Part shown: piece after piece, positions 8,756 to 17,779 of the stretch
How the letters are laid out: each line of letters begins with the position of its first letter
How positions within the stretch are numbered: position 1 is the stretch's first letter
Virus record (IMG/VR): IMGVR_UViG_3300036520_000013
Span: 1-43,971 of that record
From: a virus
Lineage: Duplodnaviria > Caudoviricetes
Length of the DNA stretch: 43,971 bases
Strand: one strand, 5' to 3'
The notes under the pieces: generated by a model
Told to the model about the DNA's origin: nothing
Databases searched by the model: none
The model's input: only the letters and a program-made list of their open reading frames with translations
Made by a program: the position numbers and the translations under genes

Positions 8756-9178
8756 CTATAGCACCTTGACCCATGCGACTTCTGCAGGCGCGAACCCGCA
8801 TCGTTCCAGAATTGCAGCCGCTCTAGGGTTGCGTGGCGGCGTGGACATGCGAACAGCGAAGCAGCCGCGATCCTGTGCCCAGGTCATATAGCCGCGCAGC
8901 AGGTCCATTCCTCCGCCTGCAGAGGCCCACCATCCATGCTCAACTGCCAACGGCAGCATAGATATGGATGCGGCGCTTACTGACGCTGCTAGAAAGCCTG
9001 TTGGACCATCTGCCCCAGCCACCACACGAACCCAGCCCAGCGGGCTCGCCAGCAGCCCTGCAACAAAGCGGGATGTGACCAGATGATCAACCGGCAGGGG
9101 CGAGGCAACCGAGGCGCGCAGCCGCTGGGTCATTGCGACGATTGCCGCAATGTCGTTTGTCGTTGCTGGTCGGATCAC
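8756..9178 (-). CDS. GNAT-fold acetyltransferase-like protein in the tail module
   Basis: MIRPATTNDIAAI start; WW...GMDLL...WAQDRGC...LERCGF pattern. Confidence 0.75.
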   Translation of the reverse strand: MIRPATTNDIAAIVAMTQRLRASVASPLPVDHLVTSRFVAGLLASPLGWVRVVAGADGPTGFLAASVSAASISMLPLAVEHGWWASAGGGMDLLRGYMTWAQDRGCFAVRMSTPPRNPRAAAILERCGFAPAEVAWVKVL

Positions 9179-9762
9179 AGTACGGGCCAGCGGATCTGCT
9201 TTTGCACGAGGCTGACCACCTGCTCCAAGCCCCTGTCTCCGGGAAAGCGGGCGTTCTGATCGCGGTCAGTGAAAAATCCGTACGCTGGCCTGCGCCGGCC
9301 GGTCCAGATGCTCTCAGCAGTAAGCGTGACACGCCTTTGGCTTGGGCCTTCTGCGCCGTAGCTCATCTGGTCCATGACGCCCGACCAGATGGCATAGGGC
9401 TCATCAAGTGGCGCCCACGGCATTTGATCGCCGCCTGGCGCAATCTCAAAGAACTGCACATAGACCTGGCAGGGTCGATCCTTGACGCGAGCGCTCGACT
9501 GACGAGCCAAGGTGACAATGGTACTGTCTACGCCTGACAATGTGAAAGTGGTGCGCGGGGCATTCGTGCCAAGCGCCTGTTCCAGACCGTCAATCTGGAT
9601 CATGGAGCCGGTGCCCTGCCATGTGTGACCACCGGCAACGAGATCACCGAAGCCCATCCACCAGCGCCGGGGAGTGTCGCGAAAATCCATAAAGGTCAGC
9701 AATGATGCCGCAACTTCACGCCCTGCCAGCTTGGCTTCGATGGTTTCAGGAAAGAAGCCCAT
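9175..9762 (-). CDS. Minor tail protein (hub-like)
   Basis: GHTWQGTG, LTLSGVD-like and FTDRDQNARFPGDRGL motifs; TGATG coupling. Confidence 0.8.
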   Translation of the reverse strand: MGFFPETIEAKLAGREVAASLLTFMDFRDTPRRWWMGFGDLVAGGHTWQGTGSMIQIDGLEQALGTNAPRTTFTLSGVDSTIVTLARQSSARVKDRPCQVYVQFFEIAPGGDQMPWAPLDEPYAIWSGVMDQMSYGAEGPSQRRVTLTAESIWTGRRRPAYGFFTDRDQNARFPGDRGLEQVVSLVQKQIRWPVL

Positions 9763-9899
9763 CACCCCAACCGTTGGTTAATGTCGCGGAGCTGGCCGGG
9801 GAGCCGCCGTTGGTGGTCAACGAACGCCTTAGCTATATACGCTTCAACTTCGTCACGCAGTGCCCACACGATCAGGTGTCGAATAAGGTTCTTGATCAT
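9762..9899 (-). CDS. 45-aa mini-protein resembling the tape-measure C-terminus (not in ORF track)
   Basis: MIKNLIRHLIVWALRDEVEAYIAKAFVDHQRRLPGQLRDINQRLG; GAGG RBS; TGATG overlap with next gene. Confidence 0.6.
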   Translation of the reverse strand: MIKNLIRHLIVWALRDEVEAYIAKAFVDHQRRLPGQLRDINQRLG

Positions 9900-9908
9900 G
9901 ATTGCACC

Positions 9909-10214
9909 TCAGGTCAGCGCCACAATGCCAGTGGCGGTTGTGCCTGTCGCCATCACCCGTGATGCTTTAATCGGCAGCAGTTCGCCATCCGAAACCGTGA
10001 AGTTGAAATCAGAATTGCCGATCCGCAGGCGGAGCGTTCCGCCAGTGCCGATCTTGAGAGATCGAACGCCAGTCAACACCGTGCTGTCGCTCGGCGTAAC
10101 CGCAATGGCGCCATCGGCTGGGGCGAGATCGAGAAGCGCTGCCAACAAGACATCGTTTGTCGCGACCTCGACATTGCTGCCGGAAGCGTTCTTTACCGTA
10201 ATGGTATCGGGCAT
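9909..10214 (-). CDS. Spike base protein, RcGTA Rcc01079 family (tail-module copy)
   Basis: AVTPSD...RSLKIGTGGTL...LPIKASRVMATGTTATGIVAL signature. Confidence 0.8.
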   Translation of the reverse strand: MPDTITVKNASGSNVEVATNDVLLAALLDLAPADGAIAVTPSDSTVLTGVRSLKIGTGGTLRLRIGNSDFNFTVSDGELLPIKASRVMATGTTATGIVALT

Positions 10215-11021
10215 CTAAACCACCGTTCCAATATACATGCTGTTGTCGGGATCACTGAAGTCTAGGCCCTGGAGTGCTTTGGGCGTGTTGCCGTTGGACA
10301 CTTCGCCGGTCCAGACTTCGACAGTTTCAGTGCTGGATGGCGATGCTTCGACAAATTCGAATGACCCTGTGCCCCAGCGGCCCATGTCCAGTTCGAGATC
10401 GCCGGTCTGGTCATTGGCAAACCGCATCAGGCAAACGGGACGGTCTAGGATCACCCGCGCGCCAGCTGGAACCGCAGACCGCAGCCAAGGCGTGAACTGC
10501 ACGACCAAGGGCGAGATTTCGGTTTCCTGCCATGCGCTCGTGACGAGATACAGCCGGTTGCCCAGCCCGATATATTGCCCAGGCCTAGGTCCGGCCCCAT
10601 CCAGAACGTCTATGCTTAATTGCGTGGCATTGATCGGCGCAGCTTCGGCCACAAGGGCGTGGGCAATCTCACTCTGGCCAAAGCCGGAAAGATCGAAGTT
10701 TAGCCCGCCACCTTCATATGCAGATGCTTCGACGTAGCTCAGCACACGCCCGTTTGCATCCCTCGGCCCGTAAGCCTCCCAGCGAGGCACAAGCACCGTC
10801 CCTGCCCTGCCGTTCATGGCACCGACGAAAGCACGCCATGACAGCACGCTTTCCTCAGTCACAACCGGCCCGGAGAACGAAGCGCGCCAAGTCGGATTGG
10901 CTACCGTGACCTGTTCGCTGCCACTGATGGACTGCCCGCCCGATCTGGACGACGCGCCAAAGCCGAACATGCCCGACTTCGGGAATATACCGTTAGGCCA
11001 TGTTATTGCCCGAGCGACCAT
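10215..11021 (-). CDS. Distal tail protein-like, with C-terminal extension
   Basis: Follows TMP; SRSGGQSISG, W.A.F and FVEA motifs; extra tail ending LDFSDPDNSMYI. Confidence 0.75.
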   Translation of the reverse strand: MVARAITWPNGIFPKSGMFGFGASSRSGGQSISGSEQVTVANPTWRASFSGPVVTEESVLSWRAFVGAMNGRAGTVLVPRWEAYGPRDANGRVLSYVEASAYEGGGLNFDLSGFGQSEIAHALVAEAAPINATQLSIDVLDGAGPRPGQYIGLGNRLYLVTSAWQETEISPLVVQFTPWLRSAVPAGARVILDRPVCLMRFANDQTGDLELDMGRWGTGSFEFVEASPSSTETVEVWTGEVSNGNTPKALQGLDFSDPDNSMYIGTVV

Positions 11022-12565
11022 CAGCCATACCTCTGGTTCACGTCCCTTAAAAGACCGGGCAATTGCTTGTTGTTTTGTTTGATCTGCTGGCCTGCTACTT
11101 GGCCCGATACATTGGTGATGAGCGGAACAAGGTTGCCGTTCTCGACGCCCATTCGCACGTCAACTGCGATTGCGCCGCCGCCGCTGCGTTGGCTCATGTT
11201 CGTATGATCGAACACCGTTTCGTTCGGGTGCATCATGGCAAGGAAACCACCTTTGCCGTCCAGACCTCCGGCCCGAGCCCCTACGCCGGTAAACCCGCCG
11301 CCTGCAAAAGAGGGCATGCCTCCGAACAAGTTGGACAAGAACCCTCCACCTCCGCCGAAGCTGCTGAAAAGCATGTTGAAGGCTTGGTCGATGAAGAGGT
11401 CAGCCAACTTGTTGAGAAGCTGTCCGATTGCGTCCATAACGTTGGTCGTGCCACGAAGCAGCCCCTTGAACATGTCGGAGAAGCCCGAAGACAGGGTGGA
11501 GCTAACCTGCTGGCCAACATCGGCAAGCTCTTTCAACCCACCGCCGGCCATGTCCTTGAGGTTGTCGTTTGCTGCCTTTGCCGAACCGCCAACACCATCG
11601 ATCTCTTCCTTCGCAGCGGCCATGTTAGCGCGGGCTTTATCGCCCACAGCTGACATGAAGTCGCCAAGGTAGTTGCCCTGCGCGCCAGCGAAGACAGACG
11701 ATGCATTGCCTGCAACATCCCCTAATTGACCCGCAAAGGGATTTGAAAAGCCGCCGAAGTTGACCGTCCCGACCGTTGGCAGTGTTGCCTGCCCCATAGA
11801 GGCCAGACCGGCATTGTATGGTGCCAAGAAGCCGTTGATCAATTCTCCAACTTTGTTGACCATGGCTTCGACGCCCTTGATCACCACGTTTGCAGTTGTG
11901 ATCATGATATCGCCCAAGGCAGAAGGCAGCGCGGACCACGTTGCTTTTATCGCCTCGAACGCCCCAACGAAGCCGCCAATGATGCCGTTTACAGCCGTGA
12001 CGATATAAGGGCTGATTGTGCCCCATAGATCAGCAAAGAACCCGCCGATTGCCGCAATGGCGGGCTGGACAATGCTATAGACGCCGCCCGAGATGACCTG
12101 CCAAGTCGCAAGCGCAACGTCACCGAAGCCGACAGTTGCACCCTTGCCCTTGTTGATCTCGGAAGTCATCAGCCCGAGTCCAGCAGTTATACCGCCCACA
12201 GCAAGCGCTACTGGCCAGAGCTTCGTCACCAGCCCTGTGGCCATCGACCCAAGGTCACGGAACGCCTGCATGAAGCCGCCCTGCCCTGAATAGACCGCTT
12301 GCACTTGGCTGCCTTGCTGCAGAAGTGCAGTGAACGGGTTCTGGCCGCCCTGGATCTGGACCGCCAGATCCTGCAGCTGGAAGCCGAGCTGCGCCTGCCG
12401 CTGCATGACACCGGCAGTTGACCGCCCCAGATCGTTGGCAGCTGCGCCAACACGAGCAGCGCTCTTGCCGAAATTGGCCATGGAGGCTTCGGCTTTGTTC
12501 ATTCCGGCTTGGAAGTCAGCAGAATTGAGCCCGAGGTCTACGCGGAGGCTACCGACAGAACTCAT
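11021..12565 (-). CDS. Tail tape measure protein
   Basis: LRVDLGLNSADF start; QLQDLAVQIQGGQNPFTALLQQGSQ lambda-type TMP motif; FAGGG C-terminal motif. Confidence 0.93.
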   Translation of the reverse strand: MSSVGSLRVDLGLNSADFQAGMNKAEASMANFGKSAARVGAAANDLGRSTAGVMQRQAQLGFQLQDLAVQIQGGQNPFTALLQQGSQVQAVYSGQGGFMQAFRDLGSMATGLVTKLWPVALAVGGITAGLGLMTSEINKGKGATVGFGDVALATWQVISGGVYSIVQPAIAAIGGFFADLWGTISPYIVTAVNGIIGGFVGAFEAIKATWSALPSALGDIMITTANVVIKGVEAMVNKVGELINGFLAPYNAGLASMGQATLPTVGTVNFGGFSNPFAGQLGDVAGNASSVFAGAQGNYLGDFMSAVGDKARANMAAAKEEIDGVGGSAKAANDNLKDMAGGGLKELADVGQQVSSTLSSGFSDMFKGLLRGTTNVMDAIGQLLNKLADLFIDQAFNMLFSSFGGGGGFLSNLFGGMPSFAGGGFTGVGARAGGLDGKGGFLAMMHPNETVFDHTNMSQRSGGGAIAVDVRMGVENGNLVPLITNVSGQVAGQQIKQNNKQLPGLLRDVNQRYG

Positions 12566-12634
12566 GTTTACCTCTTAGTGACTTTGAAAGGCGAGATGTG
12601 CTAGTGGAAGCAACCTAACCAAAGGAAGCGGGCT

Positions 12635-12829
12635 GTGGGCATCAAGACGACTGGCAAACACTGCAACTCATGCAACAAGCCAGTTATGGCGCAGAAGAAT
12701 ACGCCGAACCATGTCCTGCACTTGATCCTGTCGTTAGTGACGTTCGGGCTTTGGCTGCCGATCTGGTTGTTGATTAGTGCCGGCGGGCTGGGCGGTTGGC
12801 GCTGCACCCAGTGCGGACACAAGGTTTAA
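12635..12829 (+). CDS. Small membrane Zn-ribbon moron
   Basis: CNSC - NHVLHLILSLVTFGLWLPIW - CTQC; antisense insertion between chaperone and TMP genes. Confidence 0.75.
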   Translation: MGIKTTGKHCNSCNKPVMAQKNTPNHVLHLILSLVTFGLWLPIWLLISAGGLGGWRCTQCGHKV

Positions 12830-13153
12830 CTACCTATTCCGGTTTGCCATCCATGCGCGTGCTGCCGCTATTTGCTGGTCGGCAGTTTGCTTCGGCTTGG
12901 CTTGCGCTCCACTTCGGCTAGCCTGGAGATCCGCAAGTTTAGGGAACTTGTCTGACTTCTGCGGCGCATAGGCATTGAGCCGTGCGATGTGCCAAGCAAG
13001 CGACATGCGGTCGTTGTGCTCAACGCGCCTGCGCTCCGTGGCCCCCTTGAGGTAGACGCTCATCTGCCGGGGCGTGAGCCGCCAGAACGTATCGCCGTCG
13101 AAGCCGGCGGCAATGAAGTCAATCAGGAGGCCTTGCCAGTCCCATTTTTTGGG
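12830..13153 (-). CDS. Tail assembly chaperone T portion (expressed as G-T fusion by -1 frameshift)
   Basis: -1 frame after CCCAAAA reads KKWDWQGLLIDFIAAGFDGDTFWRLTPRQ, in frame with ORF 12830-13063. Confidence 0.85.
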   Translation of the reverse strand, partial: PKKWDWQGLLIDFIAAGFDGDTFWRLTPRQMSVYLKGATERRRVEHNDRMSLAWHIARLNAYAPQKSDKFPKLADLQASRSGAQAKPKQTADQQIAAARAWMANRNR

Positions 13154-13491
13154 CTGGCCGTCTGAGGGTTTTCCGCCTCACCCTCCTGCGCATCGGGGAA
13201 AGCCGTTTTAATGGCTGTTTTCAGTGCCTCATTGATGGCAGTAACGCCAACAGCATCGATTACCCTGCCTGCTTCCTTCTCGTCCGGTGCTGGCTCATTG
13301 TCCCGCAATCCAAACATAACAATGGTGCGCAATCCCTTCATGCTTGGCTTTTCGCCAAGATCCGCCATGATCTCATTGAACGACTTGCCGAAATGATCTT
13401 CCATCTCGCAAAGCGTGTTCATGGAAAGCCGGAAACGGTAGGTCTTGTCCCCGGCTTTGACGTCAACTTCGCCCTTCTCAGGATTAGCCAT
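13123..13491 (-). CDS. Tail assembly chaperone G (GTA gp10-like)
   Basis: MANPEKGEV...LSMNTLCEMED...ENP; follows tail tube. Confidence 0.85.
   Translation of the reverse strand: MANPEKGEVDVKAGDKTYRFRLSMNTLCEMEDHFGKSFNEIMADLGEKPSMKGLRTIVMFGLRDNEPAPDEKEAGRVIDAVGVTAINEALKTAIKTAFPDAQEGEAENPQTASPKNGTGKAS
13147..13153 (-). promoter_or_regulatory. Programmed -1 ribosomal frameshift slippery site C CCA AAA
   Basis: XXXYYYZ heptamer in the correct phase near the end of the G gene. Confidence 0.8.
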
Positions 13492-13928
13492 TACGCTGCG
13501 GTGCCCCAAGTTTCGGCGCCGGAAACAGCAACCGTGATGGTTGCCGTCATGCGGTCATCAATCGGCAACGCCTTGCTGAAGCCGGTAATTGAGCCATCAT
13601 AGGTCAGCGTAGTGCGGGGGGCATCGCCTGCAAACGTGATGCGGTGCTGCACGACATCGCCAGAGGTGAACAGATCGCGCAGCAGAACGTCTGTGTCAGA
13701 ACCGGGAACCCAGTTAATCTGCAGTGTTGCTTCCCCGCTGTCGATAAGGCCTGTGATGTATTCGCGACGGCGGCCGGGGCTTTGCATATGCGTGGCCTCG
13801 ATGCGATCCGACGTAGCCTCGCCGGGGGTGATCTCGATCACTTCGGCAATTTCCACGAATGCAGGCGTGGTCAGGCTTGCATCCCAGATTTCATAGATAG
13901 TCCCATACCCAATGCGAGCATCGGCCAT
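13491..13928 (-). CDS. Major tail tube protein
   Basis: IEATHMQSPGRRREYITGLIDSGE motif. Confidence 0.9.
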   Translation of the reverse strand: MADARIGYGTIYEIWDASLTTPAFVEIAEVIEITPGEATSDRIEATHMQSPGRRREYITGLIDSGEATLQINWVPGSDTDVLLRDLFTSGDVVQHRITFAGDAPRTTLTYDGSITGFSKALPIDDRMTATITVAVSGAETWGTAA

Positions 13929-13987
13929 TGCAGTTCTCCAACAATGTGAGTGAAAGAGCGCCTGCCCATTGGCGCGATAGGGCTAGA

Positions 13988-14380
13988 TCAGGCCGGAGCC
14001 CAATGGATTTGATAGTCTCGACTGTCAGTAAACCAGCCAGAAGCTGGGTCTTTGTCGAACCTTGTTCGCTGGCTCTGCTCGAAGCAGCCGAGGAACTTGA
14101 AGCCCTGAAAGGTGTCGCTGAAACCAGAGAGCCGGTCTTTGAGCGCTTCCGCCACGGCACGAGCGGAAGCAGCTGTGGTACTGCGGCAGTCGAACTGTAC
14201 GCGGGTCGTCACGTAGCCGCTTTCGCCCGACATGACGTAATCGGTCACGCCGGAAACCACGTACATGACAATGGCCGGCTGGGCCGATCCTTGGGGCAGA
14301 ACGTCCCAATGGATGCGATTACCGACCAACGCAGCCAAGGGCGCATGTGCGAGCAAGAGATTGGCGAGCTTGGATTGCAT
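13988..14380 (-). CDS. Tail terminator (DUF3168)
   Basis: LVGNRIHWDVLPQG...RVQFDC; position. Confidence 0.85.
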   Translation of the reverse strand: MQSKLANLLLAHAPLAALVGNRIHWDVLPQGSAQPAIVMYVVSGVTDYVMSGESGYVTTRVQFDCRSTTAASARAVAEALKDRLSGFSDTFQGFKFLGCFEQSQRTRFDKDPASGWFTDSRDYQIHWAPA

Positions 14381-14817
14381 TACTTGCCCCTTGCCGCTCT
14401 TTTAGCCTTAGCCTGAATGGCTTTTTCGATCTCCAGCCAAGCAACGTCAGTAATACGGTCGAGCACTTGGTTCTTGGTCGAGTCCCAGGCTGGGCGCATG
14501 TAAGGATGGGGCGGATTTCCGTCGCCGCCGAATTCGCGGAGGTGTGCTTGTGGATGAGCGCCAGGACCGATGAACCGCTCGACCTCGGCCCGCTTGGTGT
14601 GCAGCCCAGCTTGGCGACGGGTCAGGGTGCCTGACACATCGATGCTCTCCCGCAGGTTGCCTTCATCGACAGGAGCCATAGAGCGAGCCACGCGGGCTGT
14701 AATCTGGCCGGCGCTGTCGAGAGCCTTGCGGGCGATGTCGCGGCGCTTGCGGGTATTGAACTGCGACAGTGCAGCTTCGATGCCCTCAAGACCTTGAACC
14801 TTTACCGTGACTTTCAT
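14380..14817 (-). CDS. HK97 gp10-like neck protein
   Basis: APVDEGNLRESI, EFG, PHPYMRPAWD motifs. Confidence 0.9.
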   Translation of the reverse strand: MKVTVKVQGLEGIEAALSQFNTRKRRDIARKALDSAGQITARVARSMAPVDEGNLRESIDVSGTLTRRQAGLHTKRAEVERFIGPGAHPQAHLREFGGDGNPPHPYMRPAWDSTKNQVLDRITDVAWLEIEKAIQAKAKRAARGK

Positions 14818-15143
14818 TCGTCTGCCGCCGCGGCTGCGCTGATCTCCAGACCCTCGCGTCGGCCGATTTCCTTGATGTTCGTGATGTCGAAGGTGCGCCC
14901 GTCATAGACAATGCGATCCTTGGGGCTGAGATCGGCAACAGCGGCCGAATAGCGGATCTGGAAGCGCATGGAGATGGTTGCGCCTACCTCGGCCGCACGA
15001 ACCCGCTCTCCGTCGCTTACGGGCGTTGCTGAAGCCCATACGGTGGCAAGCGCGGCCCATGCCTCTGTCGGCTCGTTGTCGCTGTTGTAGGCCACGCCAT
15101 AGCGCTCCAGCGTGATGCGCCGGTCTAGCTGCTGAGGGCGCAT
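14814..15143 (-). CDS. Head closure / head-tail adaptor (SPP1 gp16-like)
   Basis: LDRRITLER, ATVWA, RFQIRY motifs. Confidence 0.9.
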   Translation of the reverse strand: MRPQQLDRRITLERYGVAYNSDNEPTEAWAALATVWASATPVSDGERVRAAEVGATISMRFQIRYSAAVADLSPKDRIVYDGRTFDITNIKEIGRREGLEISAAAAADE

Positions 15144-15715
15144 CAGATAGAAAACCGGCGGTATTTGGACATCAGGCCGTCTTCGATGCGCCGGACCAGC
15201 TCCTGCCCATCGCCGCCAGCTTCGTCCATGTCTACTTGCGCGCGAACAATGATCGCGAACTTGATGTCGTCTGGGACTTCCTCATAACCAGCCCTATAGG
15301 TGATGCTGACGGCGCTGGACTCGTATAGGTCAGACGGGAATGCGTAGCCGCTCCTGAAGCGGACAAATGGCGTTCCCGCAACAGTGCGCGAGGTATAGTC
15401 AGCGTCGTTCACAGTTGAGATTTGGCCTTCAGCATTCCGCCAGGTGACGCTCACAACGGACAGCAACGGCGCGAGACGCAACCCCATCTCCGGAGAGAAG
15501 TAATGGAAGTCTTCGCGCCAGGTCTGATCTCCCAAGCACCGGCCCAGAATGCCACTCCACCCGTTGTAATGAGCAACGGAAGCCCGGATGGATTGCTCGA
15601 TCAGCGGATCGTCTTCAGGGTCACGCTTCAACCGATCTCGCACAGTTTCGACGGACACAGGCAGTTCCGCAGCTGGCGTGATAAGTACGGGATCATCGCG
15701 TCTGGGGCTGTGCAT
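15143..15715 (-). CDS. Head-tail connector (phiE125 gp8-like)
   Basis: PVSVE, GILGRCLGDQTW, YRAGY.EVPDDIKFAI motifs. Confidence 0.85.
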   Translation of the reverse strand: MHSPRRDDPVLITPAAELPVSVETVRDRLKRDPEDDPLIEQSIRASVAHYNGWSGILGRCLGDQTWREDFHYFSPEMGLRLAPLLSVVSVTWRNAEGQISTVNDADYTSRTVAGTPFVRFRSGYAFPSDLYESSAVSITYRAGYEEVPDDIKFAIIVRAQVDMDEAGGDGQELVRRIEDGLMSKYRRFSI

Positions 15716-15717
15716 GG

Positions 15718-17010
15718 CTATGCGATCTCGACCTTGCCCATGGTTTCAGCCGTGGCGCCTTCCTTGAGGGTCAGGCCGTTGATCTTGAGAAAGGCTGCGC
15801 CATCGTTCTCGGCCAGCAGGCCGGGGCCGATAGCCGTGAAGTTCTCAAGGGTGAGCTTGGCGCCGTTGCCTGCCCAAACGTGCATCTCGCCACCCGAACC
15901 GCCACGATGCTTCGGGCGGATAGAAGTGCAGTTGCGAACAGTGGCTTCACCCCAGATGCGGATGTTGCGTTTGCAGTCCTCAAATACGCAATCTTCCACG
16001 ATGGTCTTGGTAGATTTCAGGTCAAGGCCGCCATCCGTGCTGTTGAAGCCTCGGAAGCCGCGGATCTTTACGTCATACACACCGCGTTCGCTGCTGATGC
16101 AGTCAGCGTTCCAGTATTTAGACTGGCTGCCGCCTTGCGTGTCACGAACGTTGCCAGCCCAGCCGCCCTCAATGAGGATGTCGTGAACCGTGTCGTACAT
16201 TTCGATGCCAGCGGCGAAGTTGTCGCCTTCTATCCAGCCGCTATCAAGTTGAGCGTTCCGAACGACGATCTTGGACGAGTTGCCGTGGAGGCGAATGGCC
16301 TTCTTGGAATAGCCGGTTGCCTTGATATTCTCGTACAGAAGCCCGACAATCTCTGTTCCTTCATTGGAAGAGAACCCATCACGAACGTTGTGCAAGGTGA
16401 TGTTGACGAACTCCAAGTTAGAACCCTTGGTGTTGTTCTTGTCGAAGGCAATGCCAACGTTCCTGAACGTCTGGCCCTCAAAGCGCAGGTTCCTGGCGCC
16501 GTTCTGAATGATGAATACCGTTCCGCCACCGGGAGAACTGACCCGGGTGCCCTTCTCGGAAGATGGCTTGGTGTACGGGAACCGATCACCCGTGAACGTG
16601 CCGCCCCTGATCGTCACCTGAGACGCGGGCGCGGCATTAATGCGGATTGCGGATTGGGCGAAGTCACCAACCAGCTCAACGACGCCATCCTTGCCCGCAG
16701 CCAGGATCATCTCATTGATCTTGGAAACCGGGGCCGGGTTGCCCTTCGAACCGTCGCCTGTGCCATTGGCCGAAACATAGCGGTCGGCTTCACCTACGGG
16801 CGCGGGCTCAGTCGGTTCCGTCGGTTCTGGCTCATCCGGCAGATCGGGCTCGACTGGCGGCACATCCTTCGGGGGCTCAACCGGGGGCGCGGCGACCAGA
16901 TCCGCAACCGTCACGCCAAACGGGGCGACAATGGCAACACTGGTCAGCAGGGTGCGCAGCTTGTCAGCGTTTGCGCTGTCTGCGGAAACCTTGAAGTCGA
17001 ACGAAGCCAT
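15718..17010 (-). CDS. Right-handed parallel beta-helix (pectin-lyase-like) protein
   Basis: YVSANGTGDGSKGNP followed by beta-helix repeats, DGGLDLKS; Pro/Glu linker; GGAG RBS before MASFDF. Confidence 0.8.
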   Translation of the reverse strand: MASFDFKVSADSANADKLRTLLTSVAIVAPFGVTVADLVAAPPVEPPKDVPPVEPDLPDEPEPTEPTEPAPVGEADRYVSANGTGDGSKGNPAPVSKINEMILAAGKDGVVELVGDFAQSAIRINAAPASQVTIRGGTFTGDRFPYTKPSSEKGTRVSSPGGGTVFIIQNGARNLRFEGQTFRNVGIAFDKNNTKGSNLEFVNITLHNVRDGFSSNEGTEIVGLLYENIKATGYSKKAIRLHGNSSKIVVRNAQLDSGWIEGDNFAAGIEMYDTVHDILIEGGWAGNVRDTQGGSQSKYWNADCISSERGVYDVKIRGFRGFNSTDGGLDLKSTKTIVEDCVFEDCKRNIRIWGEATVRNCTSIRPKHRGGSGGEMHVWAGNGAKLTLENFTAIGPGLLAENDGAAFLKINGLTLKEGATAETMGKVEIA

Positions 17011-17036
17011 GTTGGGCTCCCATGTTTGGGTGCATG

Positions 17037-17059
17037 AAAAAGCCCGCACATGGCGGGCT
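17037..17059 (-). terminator. Intrinsic terminator
   Basis: AGCCCGC-CATGT-GCGGGCT-TTTT on the minus strand. Confidence 0.7.
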
Positions 17060-17128
17060 AGGGTAAGCACATTCGTTCCGAGGGCGATGGGGGTTGACGC
17101 ACGGCCATGTGAGCGACAGTTTTACGCA

Positions 17129-17398
17129 ATGAACAGTACCGCGAACATCAATACACTTCTGGCCGATCTAGCCGCTCAAGATGGATACATGAAGTGGATC
17201 GATGGCGATGCGCCGTACTCTGAAGAATTGATACTCAATGCCACCGATCTCGGGCTGGTAGATTGCTACGACAGCGGCGGAATGGCGAGCACAGATGTTG
17301 TGATGAAGCTAACCGCATTGGGGCGGGAGCGTATGGGGCTTCCACCATCAATCCCGCTATACCGGCGCTTTATTTCCTTCTTGAGCTTTAGGCGCTAA
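17129..17398 (+). CDS. Hypothetical moron protein (winged-helix-like end)
   Basis: MNSTANINT start; GLV...KLTALGRE motif; occupies a gap on the opposite strand. Confidence 0.55.
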   Translation: MNSTANINTLLADLAAQDGYMKWIDGDAPYSEELILNATDLGLVDCYDSGGMASTDVVMKLTALGRERMGLPPSIPLYRRFISFLSFRR

Positions 17399-17407
17399 CG
17401 AGGCGAA

Positions 17408-17779
17408 TTACTTAGCTACCCAGCCAGTGTTGCCGGTGCCGGTTTCCTTGACGTATAGCGTTGTCGATGCACCTCCATCAGACCGAGTGTAAAGCGACCC
17501 AACGGCAGCAGTCACACTGCCTTCCGGCGTTCCCGCACCAGACGTCCAGATTACGCCGCCTGCACCGGGCCGAAGCTGGGTAAAATATCCCTTCGCCCAA
17601 CGCAGAGCCGCTGTGGCAAAATCTGTAGTGTTGTCTGCAGCCGGTGCAGTGGGATGAACGTGATCCCAAGGCGCGAACTTGTCTTGAGGTGTCGCGGTAT
17701 CACCCTGAGTAGCCGATGCACCCAAGGGTTTTGCCACAAACTGAGACGATTGAACGGGAGTTCGGGTCGGGCGCAGCAT
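17408..17779 (-). CDS. Fibre/spike-associated protein
   Basis: GAGTPEGSVTAAVGSLYTRSDGGASTTLYVKETGTGNTGWVAK C-terminal motif seen on phage spikes; GGAGG RBS. Confidence 0.7.
   Translation of the reverse strand: MLRPTRTPVQSSQFVAKPLGASATQGDTATPQDKFAPWDHVHPTAPAADNTTDFATAALRWAKGYFTQLRPGAGGVIWTSGAGTPEGSVTAAVGSLYTRSDGGASTTLYVKETGTGNTGWVAK

Noticed and set aside
15880-17037. 385-aa plus-strand ORF (and similar long antisense ORFs at 2048, 7673, 20241, 21576)
   Set aside because: Shadows of well-supported minus-strand genes in GC-rich DNA
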